From a virus (taxonomy: Duplodnaviria > Caudoviricetes): a stretch of 35,086 nt of DNA. Position numbers and translations under genes: made by a program. The notes below the pieces were generated by a model that was not told the origin of the DNA, ran no database searches, and saw only the letters and a list, made by a program, of their open reading frames with translations. The number at the start of each line of letters is the position of its first letter. Position 1 is the stretch's first letter. The stretch is taken from positions 1 to 35,086 of IMG/VR virus record IMGVR_UViG_3300009678_000106; one strand, given 5' to 3'. This document shows, one piece after another, positions 15,550-23,750 of this stretch.

Positions 15550-16746
15550 ATGTTTACAAAAAAAACACAAGCGGAGATTGACAAAATGACTCCGGAACAC
15601 GCTGAAGATTATTTCGCAGCAAAAGAGGCTTATGAGTTGACTCAAAGAGATGAGGCAATCAAAGCAGCTACTGAAAAATTGGAAAAAGAACTTACTGACA
15701 CAATGAATAAAATGGATCAGTTAGGGCTTAAAATTCAAGAACTTGAAACTAAAGGGACTGTTGGTGAGGACAACGCTGTCCGTAAAGAGTTTGAGGCGAA
15801 CAAAGAAAAGATTCGCTCTATTATGAAAGGTGGGCGTGAGGCGGTTGTAATCAAAGCACTTACTACAAGAGCAAGCGCGGTTAACAATCCCAATTTCTAC
15901 GGTTTGCCAGACATTGGACAATTGCAGCACAGAGCAATCAGAGTAACTGACTTATTCATGAAAAAGAAAATTTCCGATGCTAACACAAATGGAATTATCA
16001 CTTACATGGATTGGGATGCCGACACTACTGTAAGAGCCGCAGCAATGAGAGCAGAGGGTGCGTTATTCCCAGAATCAACTGCTAAATGGAAAAAAGGAAG
16101 TATTCCAATTGAGAAAATCGGTGATACATTGGTTGTTACAGAGGAATTCGGTGAAGATGCTCAAGATTTCGAAAACGAGTTAGTTCCCTTTTTGCAAACA
16201 AATATCGCATTAACTGAAGAAAACCAAATCTTCCAAGGTGGTGGCACTTCAAATGAGTTATTCGGTTTGGCTACGGTTGCTCCGGTTTACGTTCCAACTG
16301 CTCAAGCTATTCAAGATCCGACAATTTACGATTTGATTAACGCGGTTAAGGCTGACATTACTACCGGAACTAACTTTATGCCGGATTTCGTAATTATGAA
16401 TGAAACTTGCTACAACAAGATGATTTCTACAAAAGACGATCACGGTAATTACATTCAGCCTCCATTTGCTGACAGACAACTAACTAATATTTCTGGATTA
16501 ACAGTAGTTATTTCAAGCGTATTAGCTAATTCAAACGCAATGATGATTGGGCAACGTTCGAAAGGTGCAATCTACGAAAGAACAGGAATTGAATTGTCAG
16601 AAGGTTACACAGGGACTCAATTTACAGAAGATGAAAAAACTATCAAAGCTAGAAAAAGAATGGCTTTCTTGGTTCGTGACTGTGAAAAAGACGCTTTCCG
16701 TTATGTAACTAACATTTCTGGCAACTTAGTTACTTTAGGCTCTTAA
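15550..16746 (+). CDS. Major capsid protein (HK97 fold)
   Basis: N-terminal coiled-coil delta domain, AEGALFPES, KDDHGNYI; position in the head module. Confidence 0.92.
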   Translation: MFTKKTQAEIDKMTPEHAEDYFAAKEAYELTQRDEAIKAATEKLEKELTDTMNKMDQLGLKIQELETKGTVGEDNAVRKEFEANKEKIRSIMKGGREAVVIKALTTRASAVNNPNFYGLPDIGQLQHRAIRVTDLFMKKKISDANTNGIITYMDWDADTTVRAAAMRAEGALFPESTAKWKKGSIPIEKIGDTLVVTEEFGEDAQDFENELVPFLQTNIALTEENQIFQGGGTSNELFGLATVAPVYVPTAQAIQDPTIYDLINAVKADITTGTNFMPDFVIMNETCYNKMISTKDDHGNYIQPPFADRQLTNISGLTVVISSVLANSNAMMIGQRSKGAIYERTGIELSEGYTGTQFTEDEKTIKARKRMAFLVRDCEKDAFRYVTNISGNLVTLGS

Positions 16747-16748
16747 TT

Positions 16749-16913
16749 ATGGCTAAGCAGTTAAAAGTAATATTCACAGAAGATTTCGCAACTAAGAAGA
16801 AAGGCGATATTTGCGAGTTTGGGTATTCTTTGGCTACTACGCTTGTAAGAGTTGATAAAGTAGCGGAGTTCTACAAAGAAAAGGCGAAAAAAGTATTTAA
16901 AAATAAAGAGTAA
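16749..16913 (+). CDS. Small head-associated protein (54 aa), bL9 N-terminal-like pattern
   Basis: MAKQLKVIFTEDFATKKKGDICEFGYSLATTLV; TAATG coupling to next gene. Confidence 0.65.
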   Translation: MAKQLKVIFTEDFATKKKGDICEFGYSLATTLVRVDKVAEFYKEKAKKVFKNKE

Positions 16914-17560
16914 TGAATATAATAAACTTAGGACACTTTCAAAAAGCGAATGTATTAAACATTCCGTTAAGCGTTTCTGCTCCGGTTGCAAATGCAGCTT
17001 TGGCAACGCCGGACAACACGGATTATTTAGATAATTTAATAACGAAAGTTGAGAAAGGCATATTACTAAACGCTCTACAATTAGATACGTATAATGAACT
17101 ACAATTAGCGTTGGCGGATGACTTTGTTAATCCGTCATACGCTTCTTATAAAAAGTTAGTAGAAGGGGAAGAGTATAACGGTAAAGTTTGGAAGGGATTA
17201 CAAGACGATTATTCTTTGATTGCTTTTAGAGTTTACGAATTATTCTTAACTGAAACTAACGAAAGATTAGCTAGTGCTGGCGCGGTTCGAGTTAATGTTG
17301 AAGCAGCTACTTTAGTAACTCCGGCTTACAAGATTGCAAATGCAAGTCAGGAATTTTACAAAGGTTATCAAAATGGTTACTGCTATTATCCGACTATTTA
17401 TTTAGACGGTTTTTTTATTGATTGGTTTACTAATACAACAGACGTTTATGTTTCATTGTGGCAGTATATGAATGATAAAAAAGCAGATTTTCCACTATTC
17501 AACATTGATAAGTTCTTTATTTACGACGAATTGCAGGAGAAAAATTCATTTGGAATATGA
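16913..17560 (+). CDS. Putative head-tail adaptor
   Basis: Position after capsid. Confidence 0.55.
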   Translation: MNIINLGHFQKANVLNIPLSVSAPVANAALATPDNTDYLDNLITKVEKGILLNALQLDTYNELQLALADDFVNPSYASYKKLVEGEEYNGKVWKGLQDDYSLIAFRVYELFLTETNERLASAGAVRVNVEAATLVTPAYKIANASQEFYKGYQNGYCYYPTIYLDGFFIDWFTNTTDVYVSLWQYMNDKKADFPLFNIDKFFIYDELQEKNSFGI

Positions 17561-18063
17561 TAGTTTTTGAAGACCAATTAGCGCGATTAATTGAGGTTTT
17601 GCCTAAAATAACAGACGCAAAAAACAACGAATATCCTATTAATTTTAATTGGGGTACAGAGGAAGTTTTAGCTTCTTATTTAGCTTTAAAAGGAAAACTA
17701 TCATTTCCTTTGGTTTGGTTGGTAGAAGGTGAAGATACAAACGATTTACGCGAGCCATCTGTTAGAAGGTCAGCAAGAATTGTAATATTAACCGAAAGCC
17801 AAGCGCCAAACGAATTTAATCCGTATCAGCATCAATACGATTATGATGTGATATTGCAGCCGATACTAGATAACTTATTACAAGCATTAACGCAAAGCGG
17901 AATAAGTAGATACGACAATCAGACGTTTAGAACGAGAAGGGTAAAAAAATACTCTTTAAGGGAAGAAAAAAAGAACTTAGTATTTATCTGTAACGCTATT
18001 ACTTTGGATGCAGACATTACGTTCAGCGGGATTAGTTCCTGCTTACAAACAATTCAATTCTAA
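17557..18063 (+). CDS. Putative tail terminator/completion protein
   Basis: Directly before major tail protein; size and FPLVWL motif. Confidence 0.55.
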   Translation: MIVFEDQLARLIEVLPKITDAKNNEYPINFNWGTEEVLASYLALKGKLSFPLVWLVEGEDTNDLREPSVRRSARIVILTESQAPNEFNPYQHQYDYDVILQPILDNLLQALTQSGISRYDNQTFRTRRVKKYSLREEKKNLVFICNAITLDADITFSGISSCLQTIQF

Positions 18064-18082
18064 TTATTAAAAAAGATAAAAA

Positions 18083-19015
18083 ATGGCAATACCTATCAAT
18101 CAAAAGGACTGTGTTACAGTTCGCCACAATTTAGGCTTACCTGATTGCATTATAGAAAATGGAAGGCTTACAGGTTACATCTTAGTGCCTAAAGGATGGT
18201 CTTTAGATACAACTACTGACACTTTCGACAAAGCCTATGTAAACGATCAGATTCAACTTGGTAATTTCATTCCAATTTTGGGAGCTGTTGAAGCAACTAA
18301 CAATACGCCGGAATCAACTACTGAGGAATTTCAAGGCGGTGTTTTATCGGTTGTTCGTAACGGACTACCTTACTACACTTTCAAATTCTTAAAAGGCGGT
18401 TGGAAATTCGCTAGTGCTTTATACACTTACAACTCACAACAAGCGTTTGATGTGTTATTTGTATTTAGTTCTGGAGCAATTGCCGGAGCAACAAGCGGAA
18501 CAACTTTCACAGGCTTCGACTTGGGGATGTTGAATACTGGTACTTACATGTTTACTGATGGTTCTGTTTCCGCTAGTGTATCAGTAACAATGCAGTTAAT
18601 GAACGAAACACAATTTAACAGAGATGTAGCGATTTTAGACGCTTCTGTTTTAGATTTCAACGTTAATACTGAAATTTTGCCTATTACTGATATTGTGTTA
18701 ACCGCTCGCGCTGATGCTTCTGATGCAAAAGTTTACTTTAAGGCTCAATTCAGAATGAACTTAAATACTAATTTATTAGGAATTGCAATTGCAAATTTAA
18801 GATCATTTGTAAATGATGCTGTCGATGTTATTACTCCGGCTTCATTGTCTTATAACTCATTAACTGAGGAATACGAATATACTCCGACGGCTGTTTTGAT
18901 TGCTTCTGACACGGTTGTAGTTCAGTTATACGATTCTGTAAATGTTGCTGATGCTGCTATAATCGGTACTAAGTACTACAAAGGAAAATCAAATACTGCT
19001 GTAACAGTAGCTTAA
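18083..19015 (+). CDS. Major tail tube protein
   Basis: 310 aa, Thr/Ala/Val beta-rich, followed by a terminator. Confidence 0.7.
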   Translation: MAIPINQKDCVTVRHNLGLPDCIIENGRLTGYILVPKGWSLDTTTDTFDKAYVNDQIQLGNFIPILGAVEATNNTPESTTEEFQGGVLSVVRNGLPYYTFKFLKGGWKFASALYTYNSQQAFDVLFVFSSGAIAGATSGTTFTGFDLGMLNTGTYMFTDGSVSASVSVTMQLMNETQFNRDVAILDASVLDFNVNTEILPITDIVLTARADASDAKVYFKAQFRMNLNTNLLGIAIANLRSFVNDAVDVITPASLSYNSLTEEYEYTPTAVLIASDTVVVQLYDSVNVADAAIIGTKYYKGKSNTAVTVA

Positions 19016-19032
19016 TTGAAATGTAATTATTT

Positions 19033-19063
19033 AAAAGCGGTTATTAATTTAGCCGCTTTTTTT
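19033..19063 (+). terminator. Intrinsic terminator
   Basis: AAAAGCGGTTA-ttaatt-TAGCCGCTTTT plus T-tract. Confidence 0.8.
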
Positions 19064-19084
19064 GTAACTTTAAAACAAAAATAT

Positions 19085-19414
19085 ATGCAAATATTTAACA
19101 AACAAATTTTCGGTGATGATGCTTTAGACTTTTGCAGTTGGAGCAAAGCAGAGCAAAAAGAATGGATTAAGAAACACACAAATCAACAATCGGACACGGT
19201 TATTGACGAGTTTTTAAGCAATCCTTTGAAGATTGGAGGAATGGAGTGTAAGAAATGCGGTGAAATGAATAATAAAATAGTACGTCATGACAGCAATATC
19301 AGCAAAGGAAATGCAGAAGAGAGTAGCATCGATAGCCTCAACGTCTTGGATAAAACCGAAGGTCAACGAGATGGTGGAGAACGACCAAAAGGCTTTAAAA
19401 GAAAGAAAGATTAA
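19085..19414 (+). CDS. Hypothetical tail-region protein
   Basis: ATG 19085 after the terminator; 3' part overlaps the next gene by 128 nt. Confidence 0.55.
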   Translation: MQIFNKQIFGDDALDFCSWSKAEQKEWIKKHTNQQSDTVIDEFLSNPLKIGGMECKKCGEMNNKIVRHDSNISKGNAEESSIDSLNVLDKTEGQRDGGERPKGFKRKKD

Positions 19415-19745
19415 CGAATTTGAATTCGGGTTAAGACCTAATAACAAAAAGATAGGTAAATACGAAAGTCAAGATTACGCATTTCGTAAAAATATGATGA
19501 ATGGACTTGCCGGATTTGGAAATGTTGATTTAATAAATACTAAATATTTTAGTAGTAGTTTATTCGTTTTAAGTAATTCCGTCGGTTATATTTTCGATTC
19601 GCCAGCCGATTATAAAGATAGATTAGTTACTACTTATGGCAGGGATATTTTAGGGCTTAATCAAAAATGGTTTAACGATAGGCAGCAAAAAGTTTATGCG
19701 CCTATATTAATTTCAGATATTTCCAAAGTTTTGAATAAAAAATGA
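19287..19745 (+). CDS. Putative neck/tail completion protein
   Basis: Basic protein, VDLINT...YGRDILGL; position in tail module. Confidence 0.6.
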   Translation: MTAISAKEMQKRVASIASTSWIKPKVNEMVENDQKALKERKINEFEFGLRPNNKKIGKYESQDYAFRKNMMNGLAGFGNVDLINTKYFSSSLFVLSNSVGYIFDSPADYKDRLVTTYGRDILGLNQKWFNDRQQKVYAPILISDISKVLNKK

Positions 19746-19767
19746 TTATCTTTGATTTACAAGGATG

Positions 19768-19798
19768 AGGACGTATATTAATTTATGCGTCCTTTTTT
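19768..19798 (+). terminator. Intrinsic terminator
   Basis: AGGACGTATA-ttaatt-TATGCGTCCT plus T-tract. Confidence 0.7.
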
Positions 19799-19817
19799 GG
19801 TTTAATACACTTTAATT

Positions 19818-19976
19818 ATGGAAAATTTAATAGACAAAGACCTTATTAAAAAAGTTAACGACGAATTAAAACAAGTTAAGTCTGTTTTAGATTTAATTAT
19901 AAAAAATGAACCATTATTAAATAAATGGGGAATGTTTATTGAAATAAAACATAGTCAAGAAGATGCCGAAGTTTAA
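19818..19976 (+). CDS. Small hypothetical protein (52 aa)
   Basis: MENLIDKDLIKKV...; overlaps next start. Confidence 0.5.
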   Translation: MENLIDKDLIKKVNDELKQVKSVLDLIIKNEPLLNKWGMFIEIKHSQEDAEV

Positions 19977-20571
19977 CAGTGTAGAAAATATACCAGCGAA
20001 AACTTTCTTTGAAATACTCAAAACAAAGAACTATCAACTACTTTGCCCTAAACCCAGAGAAAAAGGCTTAGAACTTGTTTTTATGGCTATTTATGACGAG
20101 TTTTTCCTAAAGTCTGACAATGACGAGGCAAAAGAATATTTAAGGCTTACAAACGAAATAAACTTCCTTAAATACAAGATTATAACCTTAAAGCGTTCAT
20201 TGCATTTTTACTACTACACAAAGACAACGGAGAAAATGCGTACTGACTTTGTAAAGGCTTTAAAAGATGGTTTTGATATTGTTTTGGATATGTCTGTAGA
20301 TTTTACAGAGGAAGTTCATAGGGTTTTAACTATTGAAATAGGCATTATACAAAACGATTTATCGATGTTGGAAATGGATTTCGATGCAATGGTAAAACGA
20401 TCCAAAGGCAAAGATTTTGATTACTTTGATAGTATAGTAGGGCTTTCAAATATTTTGCCAAACAATTCACTATTGAAAGAAGAAATGACACTAGCTACTT
20501 ATATTTCATTGGAAAAAGCGGCTAAAAAGATTATATCACAGCAACAACAAGCAAATAAAAAGATTAAGTAA
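19963..20571 (+). CDS. Putative tail assembly chaperone
   Basis: Helical protein immediately before tape measure. Confidence 0.5.
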   Translation: MPKFNSVENIPAKTFFEILKTKNYQLLCPKPREKGLELVFMAIYDEFFLKSDNDEAKEYLRLTNEINFLKYKIITLKRSLHFYYYTKTTEKMRTDFVKALKDGFDIVLDMSVDFTEEVHRVLTIEIGIIQNDLSMLEMDFDAMVKRSKGKDFDYFDSIVGLSNILPNNSLLKEEMTLATYISLEKAAKKIISQQQQANKKIK

Positions 20572-23500
20572 TGGCAGAATTCGTTGAGATACTCAGTCCT
20601 AGTGCGTTAAAAGACCTAGAAAAAGCAAACGCTGAACTTTTAACAATGGTTGCAAACGTTAATAAAGTAGGCGCAGCAACTAAAAACATTTCAACTCCTT
20701 CCGGTTCGGATAGTGCCGTTAAGGAACTGACAAAGCAATATGAACAACAGGAAAAAGTGATAAAATCGCTTCAAACGCAGTTAACAAAACTTTCTGAAAA
20801 GCAAACGCAGCATAACAACACGACTAATAAATCTGTTCAATCAATACTTAATCAAAGTAAATCTTATCAGGATTTAGAGAAACAACGAAATAAAGCGATT
20901 GCGCAAATGGATAGAGAGCAGGCTAAACTTGCAGCGGCTCAAAACATTTATAATAAAACACAACAACAGTTAAACATTGTACAGGCAGCATATAATAATT
21001 TAGCAGCTAAAAAAGAACGTTATAATAATTTAACCGCACAGGAAGAGGCAAGGCTAAACACTCTTAGAGCAGTAACAGAAAAATATAATACTACTTTAAG
21101 AGCAGTTGACGCAACAGTCGGAAAACACACTAGAAACGTCGGAAATTATGCAAGCGCCTTTAATCCGTTAAGTAATTCCATTAATCAAATCGGGCGTGAG
21201 ATGCCTGCTTTTGCTAATAGCGTTCAGACCGGATTTATGGCGATATCGAATAACTTACCGATATTCTTTGATGCAATGCAGAATGTTATTGCGCAAAATA
21301 AACAATTACAAGCAGAAGGAAAACCAACACAAAGTGTATTAAGTCAAATAGCAGGCAGTTTATTTAGTTTTCAAACACTTTTAACAGTAGGCGTTACTTT
21401 GCTTACAGTTTACGGAAAAGAAATAGTTAACTGGGCAGCTTCTTTATTTGGTGCTTCTGAGGCTTTAGACGAATTAAATAAAAATCAAAAAGAGTTTAAT
21501 AAGTCAAGGGTAGAAGGTAGAAAAAACGCTCAGGATGATATTATTGAATTAAGAAAATATTTATCAGTTGCAAAAGACGTAAATGCAAATGAAGATTTCA
21601 GAGCAGAGGCTATTAAGAAATTACGCGCTCAATACTTTTATTACTTCAAAGATTTAACCGATGCACAAATTAAATCAGGTCAATATGGTGATGCTGTAAA
21701 AGATTTGACTAAAGCACTGGAACGCAAAGGGCAAATTGAATTAGCTACTGCTGCAAATGTCAGTAATAAACAAAGATTAATAGATTTAGAGCAAGAAGAG
21801 AAAAGCCAAAAAGCAGTTGTTAAACAATTAACAGAACGTGCAAAAGCATTATTTAAACTTAATGAGCAAGGTGGGGTTGATCCTCAAATATTATATAACG
21901 CTACAATTAACCAAACAAATGCAGAAAAGAAACTATTAGGAGTTCAAAGAGATATTAATGCGTTTAGAAGTGGTATAACTAAAAATGATGCAATTATATT
22001 CGATTTAAAACAAAAGACAATAGCATTAGAAATTCAAGAAGATAAACAGCGCGAAAAGAAAATAAAACAGGTAAAAGATTTAAGCTTTGAAATGCAGGAT
22101 TTTTTAGCCAATCAATACGAATTGATTAAGCAACAAAAAGAATTAGAGGCGCAAGCTTTAGAAGGTATATTTAAAGACGAAGGAAACAGTTTAGATCAGC
22201 GATTAACTGCTTATGATGCTTTTATAACTAAAAAGATTGAGCTTGCAAATTTAGAGCTTGCAGAACAGTTACGCCTTAATAAAAAAGGAACTGAAGAGCA
22301 AAAAGCAGAGTTAAACGAAAGATATAACGAATTCATACGAACTGAAGGCGTAACAGCTCAACAACGTATTGACGCTAAAAAAGAATTAGATAGTGCTTTA
22401 TTTTCTTTGGATAAAAAGACAGCCTTAGAAATTGAGTTGATTCAATTGAATCACGGAGTTAAGGTTTTCGATATTGTAAAAGATACAAATGATAAAATAC
22501 TGAAATTAAAACGCGAAACGAATACTTTAGAAGTTCAAAGAGATTTAAATGAACAGGAATTAAAGGACTTAGAGCAGTTTAATTTGCAACTTGCAAACAT
22601 TACGACAGCAACCACTAAAAAACGCCTTAAAGAAGTAACAGGATTTGAAAAAAGCTATAAACAGCAAAAACAAAAAGAGTTATTACAATTAGAGTTACAA
22701 AATTTAGCTGAAGACTTAGAAGCAACTCAAACTACTTCAGATGAAAAAACTAAAATACAAACTAAATACTTTGCAAAAAGAAAAGAACTTTTAGACTTAG
22801 AAAATGCAGAGTTAAAAGAAAATGCAGAAAATCAAAAAAGATACCTGCAAGAAGTTTCTAGCTATATGCAAGGCTTTATGTCTGAGTTTGCAGCAGATTC
22901 AGGATTCCCGCAATTGTTTAAAATTCTTAACGACCAGATAACCGGATTCGGAGAAAATACAACTGTTACAATTTTAGCAATAACAGAAGCATTTCAGGAA
23001 TTAGGAAACTTTTTATCTAAGTCTTCAGAGGAACGATTTAAACGAGAGTTTGAACGTTTGGCAATGGAAAAAGAAATAGCTTTACAATTTGCTGGAGAAA
23101 GCGCAGTAGCTAAAGAAGAGATTGAAAGACAGTATGAACAAAAACGCGAGAAAATAGAGCGTGAAAAAGCAGAAAAACAGCGTAAAATAGCAATATTTAA
23201 TATAATTTTAGATACTGCTCAGGCTATAATGGCTTCAGTAGCAGAAAGTCCGTTAACCTTTGGTTTGCCTTTCTCAGCGGTTGCTGCCGCTATTGGTGCT
23301 GCACAAATTGCAATGATAAGTAGTGCGCCCGCTTTTGCGGTTGGTACGGATAACGCACCGGAAGGTTTAGCATGGACTCAGGAAAAAGGGGCGGAGGTTA
23401 TAACTGATAAAAACGGTAAAATAAAAAGTTTAGGATCTGATAAAGGGGCGCAATTAACTTACTTAAATAGAGGCGATAAAGTTTACACCGCTAGTGAGTC

Positions 23501-23750
23501 GGCTATGATGTTTGACAATGGATTAAACGGAATTCTAACTAATAACGGAATTTTACCTAATATTGTAATTAATCAATCTGATAACTCGGAATTGAAAGCG
23601 GAATTAAAAGCGATTAACGACACGATACGAAATAAAGAAAGTATTACAATAGTTAAAGACGAAAAAGGCGAAAGAATTTACCAAAAGGTTAACGGACAAC
23701 GAAAAGAAATGTTAAATAATAGATTAAGGATAAAAGGATATGACATTTAA
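20571..23750 (+). CDS. Tape measure protein
   Basis: 1059 aa coiled-coil, RNVGNY motif, hydrophobic segments, C-terminal AFAVGT...EKGAE. Confidence 0.9.
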   Translation: MAEFVEILSPSALKDLEKANAELLTMVANVNKVGAATKNISTPSGSDSAVKELTKQYEQQEKVIKSLQTQLTKLSEKQTQHNNTTNKSVQSILNQSKSYQDLEKQRNKAIAQMDREQAKLAAAQNIYNKTQQQLNIVQAAYNNLAAKKERYNNLTAQEEARLNTLRAVTEKYNTTLRAVDATVGKHTRNVGNYASAFNPLSNSINQIGREMPAFANSVQTGFMAISNNLPIFFDAMQNVIAQNKQLQAEGKPTQSVLSQIAGSLFSFQTLLTVGVTLLTVYGKEIVNWAASLFGASEALDELNKNQKEFNKSRVEGRKNAQDDIIELRKYLSVAKDVNANEDFRAEAIKKLRAQYFYYFKDLTDAQIKSGQYGDAVKDLTKALERKGQIELATAANVSNKQRLIDLEQEEKSQKAVVKQLTERAKALFKLNEQGGVDPQILYNATINQTNAEKKLLGVQRDINAFRSGITKNDAIIFDLKQKTIALEIQEDKQREKKIKQVKDLSFEMQDFLANQYELIKQQKELEAQALEGIFKDEGNSLDQRLTAYDAFITKKIELANLELAEQLRLNKKGTEEQKAELNERYNEFIRTEGVTAQQRIDAKKELDSALFSLDKKTALEIELIQLNHGVKVFDIVKDTNDKILKLKRETNTLEVQRDLNEQELKDLEQFNLQLANITTATTKKRLKEVTGFEKSYKQQKQKELLQLELQNLAEDLEATQTTSDEKTKIQTKYFAKRKELLDLENAELKENAENQKRYLQEVSSYMQGFMSEFAADSGFPQLFKILNDQITGFGENTTVTILAITEAFQELGNFLSKSSEERFKREFERLAMEKEIALQFAGESAVAKEEIERQYEQKREKIEREKAEKQRKIAIFNIILDTAQAIMASVAESPLTFGLPFSAVAAAIGAAQIAMISSAPAFAVGTDNAPEGLAWTQEKGAEVITDKNGKIKSLGSDKGAQLTYLNRGDKVYTASESAMMFDNGLNGILTNNGILPNIVINQSDNSELKAELKAINDTIRNKESITIVKDEKGERIYQKVNGQRKEMLNNRLRIKGYDI

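Noticed and set aside
19085-20571. Programmed -1 frameshift in tail assembly chaperones
   Set aside because: No convincing slippery heptamer linking two suitable frames was found by eye
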